DNA from: Mantamonas sphyraenae STR306
Lineage: Eukaryota; Protista; CRuMs
Assembly (NCBI GenBank): GCA_026936335.1
Contig: JAPMXV010000052.1
Span: 248,001 to 312,000 of the forward strand
Direction of reading: 5' to 3'
Length of the DNA: 64,000 bases
In this document: positions 35,314-48,200 of the stretch, one piece after another
Layout: each line of letters starts with the position of its first letter
Numbering within the stretch: position 1 is the first letter of the stretch
Made by a program: the position numbers and the translations under genes
The notes under the pieces: model-generated
Seen by the model: the letters and a program-made list of their open reading frames with translations, nothing else
Databases searched by the model: none
What the model was told of the DNA's origin: nothing

Positions 35314-38300
35314 ATGTCCCGCAAGCGTTCCCTGATGTCCAGAGACGAGGACGAGGACGATGTGGCTGATGAAGAAGAGAACCCGTCCGTTGACGCCACT
35401 CCTGCGCCCAAACGCCAGCGGGTGGCCAGGATCCGCACTTTGGCAAAGCTCACCAGCCACCATACCGACGGCACACGGACAACCAGGTACGTAGCTCTGC
35501 CGCCACCCATTCTCCCCCCACCCCACCCATCCCCTGTACTGACATGGCCAGGGTGAACCCGTGTGCGCCGCGTGTTTTTCTGACAGGTCAGTGCCCGGCG
35601 ACCAGCACCAGCAACCTGGCGACGCAGCACAGGACACCGCCTCACGCCAGAGAACTCCGCCCTCTCGCATGGACACACTTCTATCTCAGATCCCGGTGGA
35701 GGTGTGGCAGCGCATCATCCCCCGCCTGGACGCCGGTGCCGCCCTTGCCCTCTTTTCCATCAACACACACATGGTGGACATGGGCGACCTGTACCAAGTG
35801 GACAACCAGCCGCTGAGGAGCACCCTTGTGTCCGCATTGGGCGATTCTGGTGGTGTGGTGGTCAAGTATGGCGACGAACAACACCGGGTGCCGCGACTGA
35901 ACCGGCTCTACCTGAACCGGGCCCTATTTGAGCTGTTTGGGGAGAACAGCCTGCCTGAACGCATCCATGCAAAGTACCTGTCATCTCTGTGTGGACGCTC
36001 GCTGCCTGCACTGTACTGTGTGCTGCGGCGGACAACGCCGGTCGCCCACTCTGAGTACGACGAAGAATACGACGACCTGCGGGTCGCCATCGAGGATTGT
36101 CTGCCTTTCGAGGAGGCATTGGGAGGCTTGTTGATGGCAGCAGGCCGGGATTATGACGCGGGACACAGGGACGTGTGGCCCGACATGGATGCGATCTACG
36201 ATGGGGACAGCGGGAGGCAGTTCACCCACGTGTGTTTGGGCGAGCCGGACTGGATGGGACGAACACTAGCAGATGTGCCACTGTCCAACATCGTTCCACA
36301 CGTGAACTATGTCACGGAAGAGGGGGGTGGGTTGCTGGGGCACACCTCGAACGCACTGACGCAGGTGTTGGTCGGGCACGGCCTTGCTGGTGTGCAGGAG
36401 GCAATCGCAATGGGACTGAGCGGGTGTTGCGGCATGCTTCGTCTGATTGTCGAAATGCTGCCAGAATCCGAGTGGCCAAACGCGTTGCAAGCAGTCTGTG
36501 AGTCGGAGGAGAACTGGACTACTCTGTTGGAGGAGTTGCGGCGTGTGTTGGACAACCGCGCACTGGTTTCATGTGTGCTGTCCACGCTTCCTATTGAAGC
36601 TCTGGTCATGAATGCACCAGCCGATGCACTGCACAAGGCGCTCATCCTGGTGGAGGGCCGGGGGAAAGCCATGGCCACACTTGTCAAACAAGCCAAGCTG
36701 TTCTACAAGGCAGCACTGAGGGACCGGACCAAGGCGCAGTGGATTGCCAGAACAACTCAAATCGTGTCACAACTCGCCAACAATGCCGTGGCACAGCTGT
36801 ATGGAAGGCATCGTCTCCAGCAACTTCTGGCTGTTCTGGTGGAACGGGAGGCATGGGAGAAAGTCGTTGACATTGCAAGACCAAATGGACTGACGGCACT
36901 ACTTGACAGCAAGGGCAGGGTGCTTCCGCAGGAGCATGTGCTGCGATTTGTCCAGCGTGCACGAGGTGATTGCGCCGCAGTGAAGTGGGTGCTGGTCCAC
37001 CACGGAGAACAACTGGATGACGACACCATTGCAAACGCATACAGGAAATGTCGACACCAGGAAGCCATTGGTTTGCTGGTGGAACGGATGGCCTGGGAGG
37101 AAGTCATTGACATTGCAACACCAGGGGATCTGACGGAAGTGCTGGACAAGAATGGCATGGTGCTTCCACAGGAGCATGTGCTGCGATTTGTCCAGCGTGC
37201 ACGAGCAGGTGACAATAACGCCGCAGTGAAGTGGGTGCTGATCCACCACGGGGAGCAGCTGGATGACGACACCATTGCAAACGCATACAAGGCACATCCC
37301 CACAAGGAAGCCATTGGTTTGCTGGTGGACCGGAAGGCCTGGGAGAAGGTCATTGACATTGCAAGACCAAATGGGCTGACGGCACTACTTGCCAGCAAGG
37401 GCAGGGTGCTTCCGCAGGAGCATGTGCTGCGATTTCTCAATCGTGCACGAGGTCATTGCGCCGCCGAGAAGTGGATTCTGGTCCACCACGGGGACCAACT
37501 GGATTACGACACCATTGCAGACATGTACAAGAGATATCGACACAAGGAAGCCATTGGTTTGCTGGTGGAGCGCGGGGCATGGGCGATGGTCATAGACAGT
37601 GCAGGACTCGGAGACCTGACGGAAGTGCTGGACAAGAATGGCATGGTGCTTCCACAGGAGCATGTGCTGCAATTCCTCGAGCGTGCAACACAAACATTTA
37701 ATTACGCTGCCGAGAAGTGGGTGCTGGTCCACCACGCGGAGCAGCTGGATGACGACACCGTGACGCGCTTGTACACGAAATTTCGGCACAAGGAAGGTGT
37801 TCGTGTGCTGGTGGAGCGTGGGGCATGGGAGATGGTCATTGATATGGCCACACCTGATGATCTGGGTGCGTACCTACACAGCAAGGGCATGGTGCTTCCG
37901 CAGGAGCACGTGCTGCGATTTCTCAACCGCGCCCTGCTTGAGAACGCGGCGTCGCACGAAACGAATCCGAAACGCAATGATGCTGTGCTGCGGGCAGTGG
38001 AGCTCGAGACCCTACTCGAGTGCTACAGAAGCGACCCTGACGAACGGCTGTTGCCAATCCTGCTGTCCAAGGACGACCACACGGCATTGTGGGTCCCATA
38101 CGAGCTCCAGCGGCCGAGCGCACGAGCCAAATCCTTTCTGCTGCCAAGCGTGCAACGACGCTGGCAACAGCAGGTGAATCGATGTGCGAGCGTGTGCAGC
38201 GAGAGTGGGGCGGAGGCGTTTGTGGACTATGTGCGGCAGTGGACGAGCAGAACAGTGAGGAAAGACCCCTGCAACGACTCGGAGGTGATGGCAGTGGCCA

Positions 38301-39109
38301 TGGAGGGGCTGGAGAACGAGGATGTGGTGCACGTGGGCAAGCTCGTGAACGCAAACGAGCTGGAGACGGGGCGGTGGTCAAAGGATCTGGCCTCAAACGA
38401 AAGGTGGATGCAGCTGCTGGACATCGGGTTCCCTCTGAACGTGCTGGGCATCATGCTGCCTCGAATGCAGGGCGTCCGTAAGTACAGTGTTGAGCTGCAC
38501 CGGCGCCTCGTCCGTGGGCTCATTGACCAAGGAACGATGTTCGTGTTGAAGCAGTTGGTGGGAACCAGTCCAACAGCCCTGAAGGAAACATATGCGTATC
38601 TGTACGAGTTGGACAGCTCGACGGCACTTGAGAAGCTGCTTGCCCTCCACGACGAGGTGGACAACGAGGTGTTGCTGAACCTGCTGCAGCAGCACAAGGA
38701 TCCGCAGGCCTTGGAGGAACTGGTGTCACGCTTCCCATTCATGGTGGTGACAAAAGCGATGTACGAGGCCGTGGGAGGAGAGAACCTTGGTGAGCAGACG
38801 CAGAAGAGATGGGAACTCGTGAAGCAAGTCCGCCAGGAGTGCCATGCACACCAGGGGAGTAGGAGGACATTGGCTCGGAATGTGCTGTCGGGTGGTTCAT
38901 CTCATACGCTCATCCGTTGTCAAGTGCTGTGGGAATGTGGGTACAAGTTCAGCAACAGCGACTGGCCGGATGCCTTGAGCACGGAAGGAGCCAACTTTCT
39001 GGCATCTCTGGGGATCAGAGTGTCTGGCACAGCAGACCTTGACGATGAGCAGACAAAGGAACTGGAATGGCTAAGGGGTGTGTACAGTGCGTTCAAAATG
39101 AAGAGCTGA
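35314..39109 (+). CDS. F-box-like helical-repeat protein, paralog 3 (5 repeats); intron 35487-35586
   Basis: Same 173-nt first exon, same intron phase and same C-terminus (..AFKMKS) as paralog 2. Confidence 0.85.
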
Positions 39110-39216
39110 CCACGCACCGGTCCTCCCCTTTCGTCGTTCCACACAACCTCCAGAAACAAAGAATCCATTGACGCCACACCCCCAGCCTCCTCCTCCTCCT
39201 CCCCCTCCTCCTCCCC

Positions 39217-41326
39217 TCAAAACTCCTCCTCCCCCTGCCCGCGCCGGCGACGCCTCCCTCCGTTTGCCCTTGCGGTCCTCCTTGCGGGCCTCGCCTTTTG
39301 CTCGCGCTTGTTGATGCTCCTGAGGATCTTCTCCTTGATCTCGTCCCTTGTGTACGGCCGCTCGTCCTCGTCCTCGTCCGAGTCCTCCTCCGAGTCGCCT
39401 GTGTCTGCGGTCCCTGGCAGCCTGTCGATGGCGACCTTTGCGCCGCCCCGTGGCTCGGTGGGCCCCTGCGCGACGCCGTTCTGCAGCGCCCCGCTCTCGA
39501 GCAGCCCTGCGCCCTCTGCGCCTGCGCCCTGCCCTGCGCCCAGGTGCGCAAACTTTTGCAGCAGTTCGTTTGTGTTTTGCTCCACGACCCCCAGGTACGA
39601 CATCATGTTGTTTTCCGTGACGCCCTGGTTGCCGAGCAGGCCCTGCATCGACTCTGCAGACGCGCCGATCGCCTCAAACAGCGCCGTGATCGCCTCCTTG
39701 AGCTCGCCGACGATTTTCGCCGCCTGTTCGTACTTGGTGTTGAACTGCTCGGCCTTGTTGTCCGTCTTGTCCAGCCGGTCCTCCAGGTCCCTGAGGATGC
39801 GCCGGCGCTGGTTGTCTGTGTTGATGCCCTGGCCCTTGTACTTGTCGATTTCCGCCCGGATCCCCTGCAGCTGCTCCTCCAGCTTTTCGATTTCGTTGTT
39901 GAGCTCGTTCACAAAGTTGAACAGCGAAAAGTTCTGGTCCTCGACCTTGATGAACTGCCGCACAAACTCGCCCGTGTCCGAGATCCCCGTCGCGGCCTGG
40001 ATCTTTGCAAACGCCTCTTCGTACGACTGCACCTTTTCAATGTTGATCTGCAGGTGCACCCGCTCGCGCGCCAGCTCCCAGTTCCCGCGGATCCGCCGCT
40101 TCTTCAGCTTGTTCTCGTGGCCCCCGCTCGCCTCCCCTGCGCCGCCCGCCCCGAACCCGTCCCTGCTCTTGTCCTTCTTGTTCATAAAGTCCTTGATCTT
40201 CCGGTCCGCCTCGATCAGCTTTGTCAGCTTCTGCAGCTCCGCCTCGAACGCCTCCATTTCCCGGTCCGCCTTTTCCTTCAGCTGGATCATTTCCGTCTGG
40301 TGCGCGTCCCGCTTCTCGTAGTACGAGTTGCTCTTTTCGATCACCCGCGCCATCTCCTTTTTCTTGTCCATCACCTGCTTCTGCAGCTTCTTGTAGATCC
40401 CGTCAAACACCAGCCGCTCCCGCCGCAGCGTGTCGATCTGTTCCCGCAGGTTTTTTGTTGTCCGCCAGCGCCTTGTTGAACTTGACCAGTTCCTTGTCCA
40501 GTTGCGATTCCAGCACGTGGATCCGCCGCTCCGTCGCCTTTGTGTTGTTTTTGGACGCGTTGAACCCGCCCATCACTGCCCGCTGCTCCAGGATCGTTTT
40601 GTCCATCTGCCGAATCTTTTTGTCCAGCAGCTCGCACCCTTCCGTCTGCTCCGCGATGCTCACCTCAAACTCGTCGATCGTTTGCTGCAGCTGCTCGATT
40701 TTCGCCGTCGTCTCCTCCCGCATCCCGCTGTCTAGGAACCGCGACTCCAGCAGCAGCAGTTCCTCCTTGAGGTACTCGTTGTCCCGCTTGAGTTTTTCGA
40801 TGGTGGAGCTGTGTGCGTGGCGCCGTGCGGGGGGAACGGTGAGTCGCTGGAAAGAGGGCGGTGAAAATGTGGCCGTTTTGTGTCCTGCCGCCCCGCGGGG
40901 GGGTTCCCGGCCGCCGGGTGCTCTCTCGCTGCGCTGTGCGGTCGTGGCCACGGCGACGGGGCACGCCTGCGCTGTGGGCCTGGCCCTGCGGCCCGATCCC
41001 GCCCGACAACGGGTGCCCCGGCCACCGTGGAAAATGTGGCCGTTGCGCCCTCTGCCACTCTTCCGGGTCTCGCCCACCTACCGTTGCTTCCGCATCTTGT
41101 TCTGCGTGTCCTCCGACAGGCTCTTGCGGTCTCCCTCCATCAGCCGGTACTTGCGGTGCAGTTCCGCCAGTTCCTGTTCGGCTGCGGGGGGCGGGTGCGC
41201 GTGCGGGTGCGATCCTCGGCCGCGTCAGCACTCTCCCGCTCCGTCCTGCCACCTCCACCCCAATCCCAATCTCTCCCAATCTCTCTCCCTCGACTCACTA
41301 TCTTGCTGTCGATTGCGTCGTGCCAT
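39217..41326 (-). CDS. ODAD1: Outer dynein arm docking complex subunit (CCDC114/CCDC63/ODA-DC2 family); two 5' introns, frameshift at ~40450
   Basis: ELAELHRKYRLMEGDRK..KMRKQR; LESQLDKELVKFNKALADNK; VQSYEEAFAKIQAATG; FIKVEDQNFSLFNFVNELNNEIE; GVTENNMMSYLGVVEQ. Confidence 0.88.
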
Positions 41327-41395
41327 CTTCTCGTTGCCTTGCCTGCGCCGGCGCGCCCAACACCGCGCGCACCCCCGACCCCACTCACCCCCACA

Positions 41396-42145
41396 ATGGC
41401 CGGTGGCAAACGCACAGCGTCCTCCTCCGCCGCCGCCACCACCGCCTCCTCCTCTGCAACCGCGTCGGGCGCGCGCACCATCCCGCACCGCGTGTTTGAC
41501 ATTGACGCGAGCGCCCCGAGGGGAAAGGCCCCGCGCAGGGGACACGCCACACACACAGACTCGGACATGCTCTACATCACCGAAGAGGTCTGGCAGAGCC
41601 GCACCGCCATCGGCCTCCTCGACGCAGAGACCCAGGCGCATTTGCTCGCCCAGGGCACCGGCTCAAGCGACACCGCCGCAGACATGGGCGTCCTCGGCAT
41701 CCTCGGAGGCGCCACACAGTCCACACAGCCCACGCGGCCCTCCTCCGCCAGGCGCACCAACGCGGCCACCGTCAGCGAGACCAAAAACCGCAAGGCCTGG
41801 GAGCAGGCATTCGCCCCGCTCCGCTCGCTTTTCATGACCGGCTTTATGCTCTGGATGAGCGGCTCCTCCGTCCATATCTTTTCCATCATGTTTACCTTTA
41901 TGGCCTTTTTCAACCCGCTCAAGGCGATTGCAGGCGTCAACGCACAGTTTGACCCCTTTGCAGACAAGGGCAGCGACGTCACCCTCCCCAAGCTTGTCTT
42001 TGTCGCCGCCAATCTCCTCGGCGTCGCCATGGCTACCTACAAGACCTATGTCCTTGGCCTTCTCCCCACGCAGGAGGGCGATTACGTCGCCTGGCTCGCA
42101 CTCAGGGCCTCCCAGGAGATTACCGCGGGGGGGGTCCTCGCCTGA
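41396..42145 (+). CDS. EMC4: ER membrane protein complex subunit 4
   Basis: KAWEQAFAPLRSLFMTGFMLWMSGSSVHIFSIM...YK...LGLLPT..D; start codon uncertain. Confidence 0.9.
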   Translation: MAGGKRTASSSAAATTASSSATASGARTIPHRVFDIDASAPRGKAPRRGHATHTDSDMLYITEEVWQSRTAIGLLDAETQAHLLAQGTGSSDTAADMGVLGILGGATQSTQPTRPSSARRTNAATVSETKNRKAWEQAFAPLRSLFMTGFMLWMSGSSVHIFSIMFTFMAFFNPLKAIAGVNAQFDPFADKGSDVTLPKLVFVAANLLGVAMATYKTYVLGLLPTQEGDYVAWLALRASQEITAGGVLA

Positions 42146-42592
42146 GGGTGGATGGAGGGTGATTGGAGGGTGGGTGCTTGTATGAATGATGACTGTGTCA
42201 GGTTGAGTGTGGTTTGGGGTCTTGTACGGGGTGTGGTGTTGGTCGTTTGGTGAGTGGAGGGGTGTGTGTGGGTTCACTGCCGGGCATGAGGGTGCTTTGG
42301 AGGTGGAGACACAAGGATACGCGTGCGTCCAAGGTGTATGCACCTGCTCGGACTTGTCTGCCGCTTCTGGGAGTGCATGCTCCAGTGGTTGCTCTGAGAG
42401 GGGGTGGGGTGAGCGTCCTCCTGCTCTCCCCCTGCATGCAAACCGCAGTCTATTACGGCATCCATTCCCTTCTATTGGCTCTCAAGGCAGCTTCAATTGC
42501 AGAGAGGGGGAGAGGGGAGAGAGGAGAGAGCATGAGCACAAGAGCGACCAAAACAACTTTCCCTCCCCCACCAATCGCACACAGAAAGAGAG

Positions 42593-45077
42593 ATGACAGA
42601 AGCTGGGGCCCTGTTGCAACTATGTGGAGAAGAGGGGTCGGTGGAGGAAGTGCGTGAAGCACTTCGGAGAGGGGAAAACCCAAACGAGGCAGAGAGGGAA
42701 ACGGGAATCACGTGTTTGATGCGGGCATGTCGAGCGGGCAGAGCAGACAAGGCATGGGTGCTTTGCGCCCACGGGGCAGAGGTGGAGGCGGAAGACACAG
42801 AGGGGAAGTGTGTGATGGAGTACGCAGTGGATGGGAAGCACCACGAGTGTGTGTGGGTGCTGCGGGAATTTGGGGCAAGGCCAGGGCGGGTGGAGTTTGG
42901 GTGGGAGAGGAGTGCAGTTTTGGCAAGTGGGGAGGCGGTGTGGGAGAAAGGGGAGGAAGGGAGGGAGTGGCTGAAGGAGGAGTGTTTCGGGAGAGGGAAC
43001 GGGTTGGAACGACGGGTGGTGGGGTGGCAGGAAGAGATGCACTTTGCGGTTGAGGAGGAGGCGGATATGTGTGTGGAGATGGCTCTGCTTGTGTTTGAGG
43101 AGATGGGTGGGCCACGGGGAGGAGTGCGACGGGTGGCTGAGTGGCTGACTGTGTGTTCAAGCGGTGGGAGGAGAGTGGACGAGATGATCTTGTCGGCAGC
43201 GGAAAAGGGTGATGCGAAGCTGTTGAAGCAAGGACTGGAGACACTTCGACATGAAGGGGAGTGGAGATTACATGTTTCAAGGGCGATGGTGACTGCAGCG
43301 CGGTATGGGCATGATGAGTGTGTGATGGAACTTCTGAAGGCAGGAGGCGAATTGAAGTGGAGCGATGAAGACGGAAGAACAGCGTTGCACTGGGCAGCAG
43401 CTGGTGGACATGTGTCCGTGGTTATAGTTCTGGTGGCAACAGGGGCAGAAGTGAACGTGCAGACAACTCAGGGGGATACTGCATTGATGATGGCAGCAGC
43501 TGGTGGACATGTGTCCGTGGTTATAGTTCTGGTGGCAACAGGGGCAGAAGTGAACGTGCAGACAACTCAGGGGGATACTGCATTGATGATGGCAGCAGCT
43601 GGTGGACATGTGTCCGTGGTTAAAGTTCTGGTGGCAACAGGGGCAGAAGTGAACGTGCAGACAACTCAGGGGGATACTGCATTGATGATGGCAGCAGCTG
43701 GTGGACATGTGTCCGTGGTTAAAGTTCTGGTGGCAACAGGGGCAGATGTGAACAAGGAGACACAGGATGGAGAGACCGCATTGACAATGGCACTTTGGAA
43801 AGGGCACCTGGCTGTTCTGATAGTACTCCGTGCTGCAGGAGCTGACATTGAATTGGTCGATGAAAGCATGCGCACTCTCCTCATGAGGAGCATTATCTCT
43901 GTGCGTCCACGAAACAGCATCCCCACCCTCATCCTTGTCGGTGCGAACGTGAACGCTCGCGACTCCACTGGTCTCACCTCCTTGCACTGTGCCTGCATCT
44001 GTTTAGACTTGGGGATTATCATGATGCTTCTAAGTGCTGGTGTAGACCCACTGCTGACCACTATGGAGGGTATCACCCCGCTCATGGCACTGCTCTGGTC
44101 AAGCGAACGGGACGAGCGGCGGCTTCCAACGGAGCTTCCCAAACCCTCATGGTTTTGGACGGATTACTCATATGTTTTTCATGATAGAATCCGTTCCTTG
44201 TGTCTCCAGCTACTCGACGCAGGTGTGGATCCAACTGTGACGGACAATACGGGTCGCACCGCGTTGCAGTACACCAGAAATCTAGAGCTGCTGCAGCGCA
44301 CTATCCTCTCCGCAAACATCAATGGTGATGCAGCCTTGGTCCCTCAATGGTCTCAACACTGGTCGATGACACTGGCAACGACTGTGGAAGGAACGCGATT
44401 GAGTTGGAGTGTCGGATGGCACGGAGGTTCGAATGGCCAAGGAGCAGCATCGGGGAGGATGACGAGAGCAGGGGATGCCACGTGCTGCCAGCGTCACTGT
44501 TCAACTTGATTGTGCTGCGTATGATGGCATTGCGCGGAGACAAGCATTCAGGTTTGGAGATGAATGTGCTGAGAGTGGGGCGGATGGACGGGAAAGACTG
44601 GCATGAGCAGGTTGTGCTGCACCACGAGCCACTCTCGAAGCACATCGATGTGTACGCATGTGCAACGGATTGGCATCACGCTGGAGGCAGGCGCAATGTG
44701 TTGAAGAAGGCTCTGGATGAGGTAGAGGAAGTGGTGAAGAGCGTATGCGGGAGCAGTCTTTTGGCTGGTCTGGGAAGGCAGCTGCGATGTGTGGCTGTGT
44801 GTCCGGACTGTCTGAAGGGAGGGTTGAATGCTGTGGAGATGGATTGGAGCAGGCATTCGATGCCAAGTGTGGCGGCATTGCGGGGTGGGAGCGGCGAGGT
44901 GGAGGGCAGCTGCGGATTTGAAGGGAACAACACGACGATATCGAGCGCAACGCTGCTGTTTGGACAGGAGTTGAATGCAGATGCACCGTGGGTACATTCG
45001 AGGAGTCTCCTGTTGATCGGGTGTGGGATGTTTGACGACATGCAGGACCTGGATGTGGAGCATGAACGAGTGGCGTA
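42593..45077 (+). CDS. 5' part of an ankyrin-repeat / COR-B-like / CHAT gene, interrupted at 45077; frameshift at ~44343
   Basis: Ankyrin repeats (GRTALHWAAAGGHVSVV..., 99-bp units 43380-43780); LVP/SM, LPASLFNLIVLR and VCPDC resemble the Roco COR C-lobe; DLDVEHERVA resembles a CHAT N-terminus. Confidence 0.7.
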
Positions 45078-45228
45078 CTGTCCTTCGCAAAACACCTCGC
45101 CTTCGGCTGAAAAACGCTTTCGCGTCAGTCTGAATGCGACGTTGGTTGTGTCTGCGAAGTATGTATCAAGTGAACCCATTGCTAAGGGTTCATGTGCATG
45201 GCTTGGTCCGTGGAGCTCGTGTGGCGGA
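45078..45228 (-). ncRNA. Candidate omegaRNA scaffold (right end of the element)
   Basis: Between the Fanzor stop and the element end: 7-bp hairpin 45171-45192 and long stem 45083-45159 topped by ACGC-GAAA-GCGT (GNRA loop on the minus strand). Confidence 0.55.
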
Positions 45229-48200
45229 TCAGCTGGATCGCGCTCCTTGCAGGTGAGCTGGTCGGCATCCGCGAGTGGCATAGCTGAACACAATAAATGC
45301 AAAGTTCAGGCAGCTGTTCTCGTCTCGTTGGAAGCATCGCTTTCGTGCGGTAGCTCGCGAGAGCATCTGGCGCAAAACGCCAGACGCCGAACAGCAATGC
45401 AGGGCACCGCTGGGGCAGTGAGGGCAGATCTGGTAGCGGCCCAGAGGGGATGTAGAGCCCATCGTGCCGTCGAACTCGAGGTCATGGGATCCACAGCCGT
45501 GTGAATGCCGTTTTGACGTCCGAAACTCGTTCACCCGGAGCACGAGCGTGTGTCTGCTCAGCTGGGTCATGGTGTTGTTGAATCCCCCGCTTTCGCCTCT
45601 CCATGTCACCTTGCCTCCGACATGGATGACGGGCCTGACCTTGCCCTTGACGGTCGTCAGCTGGGCGTTGTGGTGGAGCTGCTGCCCAAGGCGCCGGCCT
45701 TGAGCTTTGTGTATGTGCTTGAATTTGGCGGTCGCATCGCCTCCCTTCAAGCGCGTGTGGCGTGCAGACGATCGTGTGTGATTGTCCACTTTCGCCTGTT
45801 GGTGTGGGATGCTTGGGGCCTTAAAGTACGTGCCGACTTGGACGAGGGATCCGCAGTCGTTGTGCACATGCCCTGAGTCAAAATGGACTGCCACCGTCGT
45901 CGTCTCTCCCTTGCCAGGGTCAGAGCACGCCAGGTTGTGGTTGGACAACAGCTGAACGGTCTGTTCGAGTTGTTGTTGACCCACAGGCGGCCGGAGCCTG
46001 CTCGCCTGCATCTCCCCGTGACACGGTTCTCCACGCGCACGCGTGTCTTTTGGCATCGGCGCTTGCTTCTCTCCCAGTAGCTCGATTTGTTCCAGTGCCA
46101 GCTCCTTCGCCCGTTCCATGCCCACCAGTTGGACCAGGCCGACGAACATGGCGAACTTGATGGCAAGCCGCTGCTCTCTCGCGGGTGCCTTCTTTCCTTT
46201 CACCTTGTTCAAAGTCTCATTCCACGTCTTGATGGCATAGTAAGCATACGCCAATGACCTCGATGAGGGCAGAAGCAGCTCGAGCAGCGAAAGGTCGATG
46301 ACTAGAGCATCGGTGCTGCTCGCTGCTGTGTCTTCTGCCTCTCCCCCATCCCCTGCCTCTGCCTCTGCCTCTGCTTGACCTTCACCTTCGCCATCAGCCT
46401 CTCCCCCATCCCCTGCCTGCATCTCCCTTCCACACTCAGCCTCGCCTCCACCGCCTCCGTCCCCCGCCTGCGCCTGCGCTTCCTCGCCAGCTGCCTCGCC
46501 TCCGTTCACTCCCCCATCAGCATTACCACCACCCCCTGCCTCTGTCTCTCCGCCATCAGCATCGTCGTCTCCACTCTCTGCCTCTCCTCCTCCTGCCTCT
46601 GTCTCCTCTCCTGCACGCTCGCCTCCACCGCCCGCAGCAGCTTCTGCTGTGTCCGTTCCTCCGTCTCCGTGCGCCACTGCGTCATCGCCTGTTTCACTGA
46701 CATCTTCTCCTGCTCTGTCGTGTGTGCCAGCCTCCAGGAGCAACTGCTGCACTCTTGTCTTTTGGGAACGCCAGAACGCTCGCATGATGGCGGCTGGTTG
46801 GTCCTTGATAGCGTACGCACACGCTTTGAGGGAGGTGCCCGCGATGCTCAATGTCCCTGTGAGACGGTGCAAGCTGTCGTTGTGGGACAACACAGCGCTG
46901 CCAAACAAAAATGCCAAGGACGGCGCTGCCTTTGCCCGTGCATCTTGGTAGGCCTGCGCAACGCTGTTGCCGAACACATCCCTTGCGGAAAACTCTGCCA
47001 AAAGGTCACAAACCCGGCCCTTGACCCGTGCACAGTACGACGTGGTCTCTGTCGACCCGGCTTCGGACCACGTGGCGACCGCCTCGGCAAAGTCTTCGTT
47101 CCGACTGCCTGGCTTCAGCCTCGGCAGGCCCAGTTTGCGCAGCTCACCTAGGATGCCGTCGTTGTTGGTGGTGTCCTCTTGTTGCTGGAGCGTGGCTCGT
47201 GCGAGATGCTCAATCGCACGACGCATGATTGTTGGAGTGATGGACACAGACGCACAGAGAGACCTTGCCTTCTGTGGAAGCCCTGTTGTTTGCCCTTCAG
47301 CATGTGCCTTGGCGATGTGTGTCCACGTTTGCAGGGTAGCAAGCGACCCTGAGCCCGAGAACACCTTTTTGCCGATCCCCAAGTCCATCATCTTTGCCAA
47401 CACCGTCTTCTTGTCGAATGTGGAAGTATCCAGACCCGCACGAGCAGACCAGCGCATGCCTATGTTGTCGAAGCGCGTCTCAATGTCCCCACAGTCCATC
47501 TCCCAGTCCTCGGCCAGCCACTCGGACACAATCCGTTTGCCCACGTGTTGAATGCCCGCCCCTTTCAGCGCGCCGAGCAGAGCATACCGGGTGGCATAGC
47601 CCTTGAACTCCCCAAAGAGTTCAACTGCACACTGTTCACTGTTGTAGCTCCTGAACTGTCGCCACAAAAGGGCCTGGGCACTGAGTGGCTGTTGATGCAG
47701 GAATGGCAAATCGCCAACGTCAAGCAGCACAACGTCGTCATCCTCTGCGTCCTTGACCATGGCAAAGTTGTGTTGTCCAGCTGGTTGGTCCTCCTGCCCG
47801 CCTCCTGTGTCAGTTGTGCTTGTCCAGTCGCGCGTACGGGCCGCCCGCAGCACAAGCACATCGTTGCCCTCTCCCCGTTCGCCAACGATCCGTGAAAGGT
47901 TTCGAATAAACTCCCGCAGGAGGCCCTTATCCTCGTAGAACGCAATGCCAATTTCCCCCGACACCACGTCGTCTCCGTCTTCATCCCCTGGGTCACTCTT
48001 GTCGCCTCCCTCCAGTGCGTCGTCGCCATGATGATCTACGTCGTCCTCTTCCTCTTCCTCCTCATCTTCCTCTTCGTCCCCAGACCAGTCCACTTGCACA
48101 TAGTCACCATCATCTTCGTCAATTTCCTCTGGCACCTCTGACTCGTCTTCCTGCGCTGGTGCGGCCACAAGTTGCCTCCGCCGGCGCGTTGCCACCGTCC

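Noticed and set aside
42467-42480. CCCTTCTATTGG shared with ~19099 as a CCAAT-type promoter motif
   Set aside because: A 12-bp match alone is too weak without TSS data.
45078-45504. Extension of the plus-strand ORF 44347-45504 overlapping the Fanzor 3' end
   Set aside because: Better explained as read-through into the inserted element after 45077.
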